From Lytechinus pictus (Eukaryota): 64,000 nt of DNA. The position numbers and the translations under genes are program-made. The notes beneath the pieces were generated by a model that was not told where the DNA came from, searched no databases, and saw nothing but the letters and a program-made list of their open reading frames with translations. The stretch spans positions 3,908,001-3,972,000 of the forward strand of contig NC_087250.1 of NCBI RefSeq assembly GCF_037042905.1. The letters are read 5' to 3'. How positions within the stretch are numbered: the first letter of the stretch is position 1; every line of letters begins with the position of its first letter. Positions 27,439 to 40,800 of this stretch are shown piece by piece.

Positions 27439-29780
27439 TAAAAAAATATTGTCATGCATGTCCCCTCCCGGGCTCCGTAGACTGAAGTGCATTTTGGAGG
27501 CCCTTTCCTCCGATTTCCTATATTTTTCAAAGAAAAAAAAATGGAAATTATAGTACACAGCTCCTCGTCATAATATTCAAGGTTACCAAAAATTTTCTGT
27601 AGAATCTGATTTTTTGTGCTATTTCCCCTATTTTGAGGGTGCTGAACATGAATCTGCTTGTTGCCAAATTTATAAATGCCGTCTTCGACCGTTGCCATGG
27701 CAACGGATTAATTTATCAAAAATAGCATGTATTCCCATGTAAATGGTAGATAAACATGATATAAATTAGCCAATAGATTGAATTCAAGGTTCCAATTAAA
27801 TACAAATGAAATTCAAAATATTCAAGATCATCAAAATGGTTCCAATTGGCCTGTTGCCATGGTAACGGCTCATTTTTCCTCCAGAAAAGTAAAAATTTTG
27901 ATTTAAAGTTGTAAAATTTGTGTTTTGTTTCATTTTCCCTGCGTTTAGGGTGTTAAACATAGGAGTGATTTTTGCTAAATGTATAAATACACTCTCATTC
28001 CATTGCCATGGCAACCAAATAATACCTAATTTGGTAAAAAAAGAAATAACATGGTAAAAAAAGACAATGGCGAGAAATACAATAAAAGCAACCTACATGT
28101 AATCTACATGCGTTGGGTTTTTCCCACTCATTTACTACAAAAACTACACAAGTGTTATGCATGAGTTTATTGGAATGATAGGAATTTATGTTGCCTTGAC
28201 AATGCTTGAATTTAAAGTTAAATATCAATATTGAAAATTGGCCATTGCCATGGTAACACCTTATTTTTTCTCAGAAAAGTATACATTTGATAAAAAATAT
28301 TGTAGAATCTGAATTTTCTTTCATTTTCCCTAATTTTATGATGCTAGATCTATATGTGCTTGTTGCTAAATGTTTAAATACCATCTTAGGCCATTGCCAT
28401 GGCAACCAAATAACATCGGGGGAAATAATGGTGGAAAATACCATTAAAATCACAATCTACATGCGTAAGGTTTGAACCATTAAATATTGAACAAAAAATA
28501 CAGTAAGTGGTCTGCATGAGTTCATTAGAAAGAAAAGAATTGATGTTGCCTTGGTAACACTTGCATTTAATATAAATATAAATATGAATGTTGCAAACCT
28601 CCCATTGCCATGGTAACATCTTATTTTTCTCAGAAAATTACAAAGTTGAAAAAAACTTCAAATTTTCCTTTCATTTCCCCTAGTTTTAGGGTGCTCAACA
28701 TACATATGCTTGTTAATGTAAAAATACTCTCTCGGGCCATTTTCAATTTAGAATTAAATCCAATCCACATAACATGTACTCAAATAAATTATCCAATTAC
28801 ACTCATTTTAATGCTGGACAATTTTTGAAGAAAAATGGTACTTATTCTGCATGAAATCCAGTATTGTAACTCCAAAATGACCGCAGATAGTCATTTTGAG
28901 TATAGTGATTTTGGGTGATTTGTGCTTTTTTAGAAGTGTTAAATATAATAATAGGGGGGGGGCATACACTTGATGAATGAAAATTTTAAATCTCTCAGGA
29001 GGTGACATGGTCTTGACCTCCTAATCTGAGATTATTGCCATAACCAAATTGGCAGGTGGTGTCCATTTTGAAAAAGTAAACTTATAAATATTTTCATAAT
29101 TTTGGAAATATATGGATCTATATTACGATATTTCAACAAAACATTGGGTAATCATTAAATATAATTAATCATATTGCACAAGTCTCAGGTCACATGATCA
29201 AGGTCCGAGAGGTATTTTACGATCACCAAAATTTGACAATGTTGAATTATCATCATTGAATCTCATCAAGTTTCTGAAAAGGAAAACCTTTGAGAGTGCA
29301 TATATAAATCTATTTCAAGAAAGTTGGACATAAAGGTATTTAACTATCACATCATTGTGCATGAGTTTCAGGTTAAAGTTATGGTCAATGAACTTTGACT
29401 GTACTGTGGTATCAAAATCAAAAAATTTACTTAGGTTTATTAATTTTTAAGATAATTAGATATCATGTCACTAGGTGAAGGTCAAGGGTCTTCTGAGGTT
29501 TAAAAAAAACCATGGGATTCTATTATTAAATGAATGGGTTTTTCATGAAAGTCCCACATTGAGTCTACATTAAAAAATGGAAGAATTTTACCTTTGTTTC
29601 CTCAAAAGGTCAGTTATATCTAATAGGAGGAGGCCAGGATTATGTCAATTTGCCAAATAAACTTTGGAGTTAAATTATCTTGAACAGCTTTCTATTAAAA
29701 TGAATACATACATTTTAACATTTATAGCACTTCTTCATGTAAACATGCTCAAAGCACTTTCCAATATAATTGTGGGGGGG

Positions 29781-30030
29781 GGGGCGTCGTGGTCTAGTGG
29801 TTAAGACTCTTTTTTTCAATCTGAGGGATATGGGTTCGATTCCCAGCCAGGATGTGTTTTCCTTCAATAAGAAATTTATCCATATTGTGCTGCACTCAAG
29901 CCAGGTGAGTTAAATGGGTACCCGCAGGAAGTCCTTAAAAAGCTGTGAGCACTGGATGCGGTAGTCTAGCTTAGCCGGGGTAATATAGGTCAATATACAA
30001 ATCCTATATTATTTTATTTATTATCATAAA
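29781..30030 (+). mobile_element. tRNA-derived SINE
   Basis: Pol III A box (GTGGTCTAGTGG) and B box (GGTTCGATTCC), core GTGCTGCACTCAAGCCAGGTGAG..AATGGGTACC, AT-rich tail; same family at 41050-41335 and 54721-54995. Confidence 0.85.
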
Positions 30031-30059
30031 AATGAATAATTCTACTTTTCAAGTGCTTT

Positions 30060-30515
30060 CAATACATAAAGTGGGTGTTACCAATAACATTCATAGGTTT
30101 GTAAGCTTTAAAAAAACAATTGTACAGAAGGACATGAACGGATTTTGAATATTGGGACCAGTGAAACTTATGCACTGTTGACCTAAGTTGGGGGATAGAA
30201 AAGGGTCTGTAAACAAAAACCCAGCATGAAATGTATTGTGGTGTCAGGTTATTAATGGGCAAGTAAACAAAGCAATTTTGTCTATAATTCTGTTTTTGAC
30301 CAGTAGCAAGTGAATCTATTTGAACAAAGGAAACACATGATCATACTTTCTGGCCGTTGAAATGGTACCGACTGCTCGATTCTGAATGTACTGTAGTGAT
30401 CGACTATTATATAGGCAGCTGAACACCAGTTCAAAGTGTCCCCAAGTGGTTATAAATACGAAGTAAAAAGTAAAGGTCCCAATACAAAACCCTGAGGAAC
30501 GCCATATTGCAACCC
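30060..30515 (-). mobile_element. Short degenerate LINE reverse-transcriptase fragments
   Basis: Minus strand reads QYGVPQGFVLGPLLFTSYL, a variant of the GVPQGSVLGPLLF RT motif, followed by a stop. Confidence 0.6.
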
Positions 30516-31589
30516 ATGACCCTTTTTTTCTTAATGGTTACCGACCGCGATTCGTTTTAAAGGCAAGGTCAGTATGTCAAAGGTAGTTCAGATTTTTATT
30601 TCTTGACTCTAAAACCCCCAAATAAATATTTTGAACAACTCTATTAAAATGGAATCATCCCCTAAAGTTTACATTTTTCAAAATGACAGGCAGCTGTCAG
30701 TTTAAATTTTTCATGGCGGTAATCTCTGATTAGGGTCAAGTTTAGGTCAGTTAAATGTGTGGACTTAAGACTTTAATTTCCTAACCTCAAAAATCCCCAT
30801 GTTGCTATTTTAAAAGGCTCATTTATAGCACTAATCAACCCAAATTCCTTTTTTTTTTAAACTGGCCACCAGCAGCCACTCTGGATATTTTAATTATACT
30901 AAAGTCAATTTCTGTTCAGGAGGTCAAGATCACTTCAACTCATCAAATAGGCTTAAGATTTTTATTTCCTTTTCCCCTATAAAACTCATTCTTTATATTT
31001 TTATCAGCTTTATAACAAAATCCACCCAAAATTTATTTTTAAAATGGTTTCCGGCAGCCATTTCAAAGTTTTTATACAAATTTCATGGTCAATTTTCTTC
31101 ATACAATTAATTGTCCAGAAACACAATATACATGGATGTGATTGGCAAATTTATTTTATCCCATTAACCAATAGCTTTAAAATATAGACATTTGTGACCC
31201 TTAAATTGGCAGCCACCTTGGACTTTGAAGGTGGGGGTAATTCAATTCAGCAAATAGATGTCACATGTCAATCTTTTGAAAACTTTACCCCTAAATCAAT
31301 ATTTCTGTCAGATTACTAGGCCAAATGGCACAAAATATTCTCAAAATGGTCTCTAGCTGAATTCTCCCTAATTTCACAAACCCTTAGAAAAATTGGCATG
31401 CTGGCCATTTTTTATAAACTTTATTAGCTCTAGCACAAATGGTCAAAAACAGATCTTTACACTCCGCATTCCTCACTTGAACCTAGGAAGTGATTCGCTA
31501 GGTCCATAGGAGAGCTTGTGTGTCACAGACTGTAGATGGTTGGACCATAGGGTGACCCTTTGATTGTGAGCAAGCCATCAAGGGAATCA

Positions 31590-33300
31590 GTCGAGTGAAA
31601 AAGGCTACATCTTGTTTTGAATCTCTTTTTGGCAGGTTCATAGTTAAAGAGTGGATGAAGAGGGTGATCTTCATGCTTGTTTATTTCCACCTTTGCTGAC
31701 ACCTATCTTCTGATGTGTGGATGGGCAATACCACACAGTAGGTAGAGATCATCTGCTCTTGTTTTGTCACAGCCAGTAATTGCTCTGCAAGCAGCATTCA
31801 GGTCTGCATCAATCTTTGCAGCATGTGATGACCTAAAATGGATGGGGACTGCATACTCAGCAGTCTAGTAGCATAGAGCAAGAGCTGTCGCACAGATGGT
31901 TTTGGCATCTGTTCCCATTTTATGTTAGCAAGCTTCTTCAGGATGCTGTTCCTTGCTCCAACTTTAGCCTTTGTCTTGGAAACATGGTCTTTGTAGGTAA
32001 GGGAACTGTCTAGGGTGGCGTCAAGGTAGATTGGCTTACTGGTGTGTTCCAACCATTTTGTATACCATCTGAACCTTAGTTAATGGTCTGCATCTCTGTT
32101 TTTTTAGGTGAAAAGCACTTGAGTTGGTTTTTTTTTCTGGATTTGCCCAGAGATGATTTGCAGCGTAGTAAGGAGTCAGGCCTACCAGAGTGCTTTTTCA
32201 TCTCTTCAAAGGACTGTTTCTGTGAAGCAATGCAAATGTCATCAGCGTACAGGTAGCTCTCATTATTTGGTGGATTGCTTGGTCATTTGTGTAGATGCTA
32301 AAGAGTGGGACGATGATGCTTCCTTGTGGGAGACCTTTTGTGTGTCAGCCATCTGCTAATGGAACCACTGAGATTCACAAAAACTTCTGATTTGAGAGCA
32401 TGCTCTGAATCATCTGTTTCAGCTTAAGCCTTCCTTTGTCATCTCAAAGACTTTCCTTGTGAATATTCGATGATTGTGTCATAAGCTGCAATGAGGTCAA
32501 CAAAGGCTGCTCCAGTTATCAACCCTTTCTCGAAGCCACCATCTTCAATGCACTGTGCCAGATTCAGCAGTTGTCTAGTACAGGACTTTCCTGGCCTAAA
32601 TCCTGCCTGTTCTGGAATGAGGAGCTCATCCACCAAGGGAGCAATGTGGTTGAGCAGGAGCCTTTCAAAGATCTTGTATGTGTGACAAAGCAGAGATATG
32701 GGCCGGTAGCTCTTTGCCTTGGCTGGTTTTTTGCCTGGCTTGAGTAAGGCAACTACCCTTAATTTCCTCCATAAGTTTGGCATTGTGCTTTCACTCAGAC
32801 AGTAGTTTAGCATGTCAAGCAGCCGTTGGAGTGCAACAGGCCCAAGATGTTTCATCTGCTCACAGATCGAGGACATCATCCAATCCAACTGCCTTGCTGA
32901 TCTTCATTGCTTTGATAGCATTGCACAAGTCGTTCATGTTGAAAGGTCTTGTGAACTCAGATAACTCTTGGCAGGCTGTCCGCACACTTTTAGGTTGGAT
33001 CTTTGCGGGTGATTATGAGGGTTACCTTGGCTGTTCACTAGAAGCTGGTTGGCCACTTGGCCGGCGGTAACTTGGGACCTAGATTGGGACTTTGTAGAGT
33101 CATTCCCAAGGATCCGAATCTGGTGTTTCGGCTGGCCCTGAGTATAGCTTGTAGATTTCTTCAGCAGCTCTAAAAATGTGTCGTAATGAGTAGGGAGTGC
33201 AGGGAGGTTCTGAAGATATGTATCCAGATATATGGCAAACTGCTCACAGTTTACTTTCTTCAGGTTGAAAATCTGCAGAAGGGAACTTTGCGAGGAGTGA
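31590..33300 (-). mobile_element. Degenerate non-LTR retrotransposon RT region (Ingi/Vingi-like, I group)
   Basis: Frameshifted ORF pieces LLKPGK..SYRPISLLCHTYKIFERLL..EQAGFRPGKSCTRQL..AFVDLIAAYDTI and YLDATLDSSLTYKDHVSKTKAKVGARNSILKKL. Clade assignment is from recalled motifs. Confidence 0.8.
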
Positions 33301-34559
33301 TGTTTACCACGGCATCAGGCCATTTGCAACATTGATATTTATCATATAAAATCAAATTAATTAACCACTACCAAAGCAGCAGCAACAAGAATATCAATGT
33401 TTAGTAACCTACGTGTATACTTTGGCGGAAATGAAAGAAAAATCGGACTCTACATATTTTTATTAAAACTTTTCTGGTGTAAAATGAGCCGTTACCATGA
33501 CAACAGGCCATTTGCAACAATGATATTTATTGATAAAATCAAGCCTTGCCAAGGGAACATCAATTTTTATCATTCTAATGAATTCATGCAGAATAATTAC
33601 GTAATTTTGGTTTTGTTTTTGGTTTTGGTCATGTAGATTAGTTTGTTTTTACTGTACATCCCACCATTACCTTTTTCAACATGTTATTTTTTACCAAATA
33701 AGTTGGTATTTGGTTGCCATGGCAATGGTCTGAGATGGTACTTACATATTTACCAACAAGCATATTTATTTTTAGCAACCTAAACTTAGCGGAAATAAAT
33801 GAAAAAAATGTGACTCTATATGTTTTTATCAAAATTTGTTTTTTTCTGATAAAAATAAGATGTTACCATGGCAACGGGCCATTTGCAATATTGATATTTA
33901 TCTTTAAATTCAAGCATTCTCAAGGCAGCATCAATTCCTATCATTCCAATAAACTCATGCATAACACTTACTGTAGTTTTGTTCTAAATGAGTGGTAAAA
34001 ACCCAACGCATGTAGATTACATGTAGGTTGCTTTTATTGTATTTCTCGCCATTGTCTTTTTTTACCATGTTATTTCTTTTTTTACCAAATTAGGTATTAT
34101 TTGGTTGCCATGGCAATGGAATGAGAGTGTATTTATACATTTAGCAAAAACCACTCCTATGTTTAACACCCTAATCGCAGGGAAATTAAACAAAACACAG
34201 ATTCTACAACTTTAAATCAAAATTTTTACTTTTCTGGAGGAAAAATGAGCCGTTACCATGGCAACGGGCCAATTGGAACCATTTTGATGATCTTAAATAT
34301 TTCTAAATTTCATTTGTATTTAATTGGAACCTTGAAATCAATCTATTGGCTAATCTATATCATGTTTATTTACCATTTACAGGGGAATACATGCTATTTT
34401 TGAGAAATTAATCCGTTGCCATGGCAACAGTCGAAGACGGCATTTATAAATTTGGCAACAAGCAGATTCGTATTCAGCACCCTAAAAATAGGGGGATAAG
34501 CACAAAAAATCAGATTCTACAGAAAATTTTTGGAATTCTTACTACTTGCCGCCTACTAT

Positions 34560-34718
34560 TAAGGAAATAAAAATTCCTTACGCTCGAGATCCGGGTACCA
34601 GTGTGACCCCTCTTTCATCTCTTCGCCATTTACATGTTTTTCCGGTATCCTCCCCTAACGTTAAATAGCGCCGAAACTAAATTATCTTTTACATTTTGGT
34701 TAATTATTCCACACAGTC
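34560..34718 (+). promoter_or_regulatory. Putative compact promoter/5' UTR of synaptojanin
   Basis: The only non-repeat sequence between the inverted-arm element and the ATG; locally CpG-containing; YY1-like core CGCCATTT at 34624-34631. Confidence 0.35.
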
Positions 34719-34845
34719 ATGGCTACTACGATGGGAAAGTCATTCCGAGTTTATCATAAAGTTGGTCCACCCTATTCTGTGATTCTGGAGGCAAGAAATA
34801 AACAAGAAACACTTCTTTTTGAGTCGGAGGCGGTCGCCGTGCTGA
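34719..34845 (+). CDS. SYNJ1: Synaptojanin exon 1
   Basis: [42 protein letters not shown]; donor GTAAGT. Confidence 0.9.
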
Positions 34846-37800
34846 GTAAGTATTGAAAATGTTCCAACTGCGGCAGCGACTGAGCGGATCCTGTAAACCT
34901 TCTACGCCTTCTACTACGGGCAAAGGTTGAGTCAGATGTTGGTGTGTGCCGCGACTGCGTCTGGGCACTGCTCTGTGACTGTGAGCTGATTGCAATTGCG
35001 CGACTGCTTCCTAATTGAATAAGATCTGGGCAAGACTACTTCCAGTAATTAAAAAAAATCTATGGAGAAGGTTTATAGATCTATATCAAGTCATAATACT
35101 AAATAGGCCTAAAGGCTAAACAGCTGGCAGCCGTCTGTTTCGAGTCCTGAGTTCTTATTCTTATAAAATCTTAACCTTTTTATTTTTTTTAATAACTCCT
35201 CATTAAGACATTATTATGAATATGATCATGATGATGGGGTGACCATAATTTGCGCACATTTGCAAAATTATCATGAAGTGGATTTTCAATAAAAAATTTC
35301 TCACAGCTCACACAAAATCAATCAAAATAATAAATTTATACCAAACGGAAGGCAAGATCCCAAAGACAAATTCGCTTGACGGAATCATAAAGTACGTAGG
35401 TCAAGGACAAGGGTTTCGGTGGTATCGCGATCTAAAAATTCCATGGCGATCAACTATTGCGCACTCGGCTGACAAAGACAAAGTCAAAGTGTCATAAAAA
35501 AGTGTGACCTTAATTTGCGCACGATCGTTTTGCAAGGCTTTAGAAAAGAAATCAAGTAGACAAAGGTAAGATAATTATATCAGATGGAGGTTAAAATGTC
35601 ATAAAATCGGTTGGTATCACATTTTACTTACTTATTTGGAGACCTCTGCTTGCAAACTGGCGATTTCTTGATGCTGGTTGAGGAGATCGGATTTTCTTGG
35701 AGCGGACGCAAAAGTTAACAAAATTTGCCAATGTTTTGCCAATATATTTACAAATATAGCTATTTATATAGGCCTAGAGACCTTTCCTTCAAGAAATTAC
35801 CATACTGAGTAATTTTAAGCCCTCTTTCTGTTGGTGATATCAGTTTTTCAAGATATTAATTAGATATTGAGATATTCGACCGTGCTCAAAATTAGGTAAC
35901 GCGCAAATTAAGGTCACACTACCATGTACACACACGGCTCGCTATCGTACAGCCGCCATTACGGACAGTGATTTTCCGTTGGAATAAATGGCCTTTTCCG
36001 TTTCAGAAAATCCTAAATTCCATTTCAGAAAACGGAAATTCTGTTTCCCCATAGACTTTGGGCGATTTCAAGTACGGTGTTGGCCTTGGTGTTGAAATTT
36101 GGATTGCTGCCCCTACATGTACTATGTAGCTCCAAAACTTATTCAGAGTTTGTAAAACTGATCTCAACAAATAGTGAATGACTTTTTCGAGACCATCTTC
36201 ATTTTATGTTTTATGTTATTTTTGTGTAAAAAATTACCGAACACCAACACCAGATGGTCAACACTGACCTTGAAATCACCCTTCGTGTTAATGAAAAAGT
36301 GATTATTCCGTTTACATAGCGATGTGCAACACTCGCGTTGGTCAAAATTTGTATTTGCCACTGGACATACTAAACAGCGCATTAGAATCCGTTCTAATCG
36401 GATCTTTACATGCGTACAAAATATTTTTGACAAACACATTCAACATGAAAACATTTATCCTCACCTTTCAAATTATAAATATTAGCATTAATTACTGTAT
36501 TTTAGGTTGAATGAAGGTTTATCAATAATTTTGGGATTTTTTCAACATCGTCTTCAGCAGTCAACAATTTTTGCCTATCCATTTTGGATTTCAAGAGTAC
36601 AGTACAGCGATATTGTGCTGTAACATCACCGAACATAGAGGGCAGCAGTACACGACCGTGTTGCTGCCTTCTACATACGTTGGTTAAAATCAAACAATGT
36701 GTGCATGTGACCAACCGGGGGCGTGAGGTACGATCGAGTGCAGTCACGATGTGTGGATTGTCATGAAACATAGCGAAGTGAGATCATGTTTTCAGGCCAG
36801 TAAATATTCATAATTTGTTGAGATTTTGGAGTCATTTCTGTTGCTGTTCTGTGCATTTTGAGAAAAAATATATTTTCCATGATTTTCCATTTGCAAAGCC
36901 ACTTTCCATTTCAAAAGGCTGTTTCCGTGAATTTCGTCAGTTTTCCGCGATCGTGGAAATTCACTGTCCCTACATGATCTACATGTAGGCCAAGTCTCAT
37001 CGAAAAGAATTTGGTCATACATTTGGCGATTTAAAAAAAAAAGGTTAGAGTAGACTCACTAGATCTAGGTCTAGTCTAGATCTACTTACCGATAATTTGG
37101 TTTGGTCGTTCAAAATTTGCCGTCAGCGTAGCTACATAGGGGCAAATCAAATTTTGACATAATCTTACGCCATTATTTTGACCATCTTCTAATTCTGTTC
37201 CTACTTCTGAGAAATTCCCAATTTCAACTAGATCTTCCATAATTCATGATATAAGAAAGCTTGCTAAATGTAAGAACAGAGCATTAAATCCCTCAATGAG
37301 TTTGTCTTTCTTGTTTTTATACAGGCATTGCTGAAACAGAAAGTTTAAGAAAGCAGTACCAGAAGATGACGGATGCTTACGGGTGTTTAGGTGCTCTCAG
37401 ACTCAATGTCGGTAAGAATATTACATTATTTTCATATCCCAATGTTGAATTTTATGGGTGACTTGCAAGAAATCCTTAATTTAATACAATCCATAGTTTA
37501 ATACAATGTAGTTCTTCATAGATAAAGATCAACACAATAGGAGAAGTGGTGTGCATGCAGACTGCAAGGCTCAACCCACTGCACTATATTCATATCAGAG
37601 TAGGGGGAACAAACAGATTTAAAAACAGTGCCCTCCCTAATCTTGTATGTGTGCTTAACATATATTACAAATCTTAACTGAAATAATTTGAAAATTCTTT
37701 AACGTTTGATATATATACATGCTTAGAAATTGTGAAATCTCTTTAATCACCATTGACTTATTGTGCTTTTAACAGTTTTATTATGAATGATTTTATCAAT

Positions 37801-40800
37801 CTATCATAGGCATTCTCCTTTTATTCATTCATCTTTATCAATAACTTACTGTGCAAATGTATGTGAATAATTTTAATTGTCTCTGTATTTTTTACCATGT
37901 ATTTTTAATTGATACCCTGTAAAGCATGTGTAATTCAGTTTTTTACTGCGATACATGTCTACTGAATAAACCATTAATGAAAAAAATCCCGGTGTAGTGG
38001 TCCACCTACACTCGCCCAATCAGTTATATCAGGAGGAGAGACCTGCGGGTCATAGTGATTCTGTCCATCAACCTTTCGTCTAACAAGCATTTGGTCCAAT
38101 CATCACTTTGTCCAATCACCATTTCGCCTATGACCATTTCGTCTAATATCCATTTCATTTTCATTCATTTTGCACAATTCAAGACTTAGTCCAATAAGAC
38201 CAAATGGTATATGAACTTAATGGCTATTGGACCAACTCGTTATTAGACGAAATGGCATTAGACTAAATGAAAGTAGACCATGTGGATATTGGACGAACTG
38301 ATGATAGACCAAATGATAGTAGACTAGTTGGCAATTGGACGTATTGGCATTACACGAATTGGAAATAAACACTATTTTTCTCTATAAAGCACCTTGAGCA
38401 TCTACATGTTAATAATTAAGAAAATGTGCCTAGTAGAGAACTATTACTTTTGTCATTCATAATAAAAATCAGATTTGATTATGGACCCAGTCAGTAAGAA
38501 CCTAAAGATGTATATATGTATTTTTTTTCTGAAACCATAGGTGATGAATCACTGCTATTCTTAGTCCTAGTGACGGGATGCTCATCCGTAGGTAAGGTCC
38601 AGGAATCAGAAATCTTCCGCATCACATCCACCCTCTTCATCTCGTTACGGAATAACTCCAGTGACGACGACCGCGTCAGCGAAGTCCGCAAGCTTCTCAA
38701 CTCGGGCACATTCTATTTCTCGTGGTCGGCATCAACAAAATCGAGGTTCGATCTCAGTCTCTGCGCCCAAAGGCAGAAACAAGATCACGTCACAGACAAT
38801 AGGTTTTTCTGGTAAGTTTTTGGGAGTAACTAATTCATGAAGCAGATAGTCAGTGAGAGCTGTTATAAGCTACTGAAATCCTGGCATCTGATTGACTCGT
38901 ATCAAATTAGTAATTTTCACTGCATCACAGATATAGGTAAAGAAATCAGATCTAGATCTGCCATGATATGGTGACAATTTACCCTTCATTAAATACAAAA
39001 ACTTTTCATGAAATTATTGATTGCTGCAACTTGAGGTCTTTAGCTTTATTCTCTAACTAAGATGAGTTAGGCCCTGTAGAGTACTGAGGTGATGACGTCA
39101 CAATTTTTTTTTTGTATTTCAGTACTTTACATGCCATATTCTAGTAGAGCATGATGAAAAAACCCCATTTACAAAATTTGGTGAGAATCGGTCCATGGGG
39201 GCCTGCGATATGACCTCATGAATACATAATTAGCCCCATTGAAGTCAAATGTGTTATTGGCCTGGTTTCTGACATTTAGAACCAGGCCTATAATACATTG
39301 ACTTCAATGGGGCTAATTATGTATTCATGAGGTCATATCTTGGGGCACCATGGCACCGATTTCCACCATATTTTGGGTTGTGGGGGGTTTTTCATCATGC
39401 TCGACCAAACTGGTGTAAAAAACGCTGAAATGCAAAAAGTGAAAATTGATGACGTCACACTTTTGTCCTCGTATTTCCGTGGTTTCAAGACTTCAAATCT
39501 GTACTCCCCATTGAAAACAGCATAAATAATAATAATAATATGAACATTTGTAATGCGCCGGTATCCATCATAAAAAGATGCTCATGGCGCAATAAAGAAA
39601 AGAAAAGAAAAGAAAAAGGAAAAGAAAGGAAGGAAGAAAGATAGAAAACCTACTAAAAAGAGGGGTAGAATAACAATTACAAGCTTGCGTGAATAACCAG
39701 GTTTTAAGAGAACTTTTGAAAGTGGTGAGACAAGAAATATTGCGGATTTCTATTGGCAGTTTATTCCATAGGAAAGGCCCAGCATGTTGAAATGATCGAT
39801 AGATGGTGTGCTGGCTCAGTTTGTTGAGCATCTGTCTCACAACCGGGAGGTCGGGAGTTCAAGTCCCTGTCGCATCAAACCATAAGACAGTAAAAGATGG
39901 AAGTTGCTGCTACCCTGTTTGGCATTCAATGATTTCAGGGATAGAACAACGTTGATCTGGCGCTGCACAGCGGCTGCTGGGCCCACGATCAATTGGTAAA
40001 ATAGGATTTTCAGGAGTATTTCTTTTTCAGATTTCTATTTGAAACAATGAAACATGGATTTCATCATTGTCATTTTCCTTTTATTTTTTTCTCCCAAGGA
40101 ATCGAGCCTTACATCTTCACCTGCAGCGGTTTGATGTGAACTGCTCCGACTGGTTGCTTAAGACCATGTGTGGAGGGGTGGAGGTGCGGACTGTCTACTG
40201 CGGTACCAGGCAAGCTAAGGCTTGTATCATCTCGAGGCTAAGCTGCGAAAGGGCTGGTACTCGGTTCAACGTAAGAGGGACCAACGACGATGGCCACGTC
40301 GCAAACTTCTGCGAAACAGAGCAGGTAAGTGTGTATCAGGGCTGTTATCGATAACATCTTTATCGCCAGTCTTGTCGATATTCGCTTGTTTTTTACCACT
40401 AAGCGATATCGATAACCGCAGTAAATCTGAAAACTCTCTTATGGTAAAATCAGGAAACAGTACGGTGCAAAGTCCTTATGCAGAAATGGGGCTACAGCAT
40501 AGATAGAGAGACCGCCTGCGAGCGTGGGGAAGATCATATGCAACACCTTTTGGTCTGCCCCCTCCTACCAGAGCCGTGCACTGCCAAAGATATGGAGTGT
40601 ATTAACCTCAAAGCCAGATCTTTATCCTCCATTGTGCAGGACATGTGTAGTGACCTGAGAAGAAGAGAAAAAAAGAAGAAGAATAATGAAGTGTTTTGGG
40701 GGAAAAATGTCAGGGGTCAATGGTAGGTAAAATGCCTCAGGAATGTGAAATATTGTATCTCATTGTTCTGTTCAGGTGATATTCCTTGATAATAAGGTCA

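Larger units (their letters stand above)
27586..34558. mobile_element. Large degenerate DNA transposon (foldback-like) with ~1.1-kb inverted arms (~27586-28740 and ~33390-34533)
   Basis: 27586-28260 is the reverse complement of ~33850-34533 (CCAAAAATTTTCTGTAGAATCTGATTTTTTGTGCT vs AGCACAAAAAATCAGATTCTACAGAAAATTTTTGG). Arms contain recurring GTTGCCATGG(C/T)AAC. The left terminus appears lost; superfamily not assigned. Confidence 0.8.

Noticed and set aside
29781..29860. tRNA gene (also at 39804, 41260 and 54721)
   Set aside because: A and B boxes are followed by a SINE-like body and tail, with no intact cloverleaf.
32439..32888. Functional reverse transcriptase gene (also 18584-18928 and 43102-44171)
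   Set aside because: Fragmented by stops and frameshifts and truncated; dead LINE copies.
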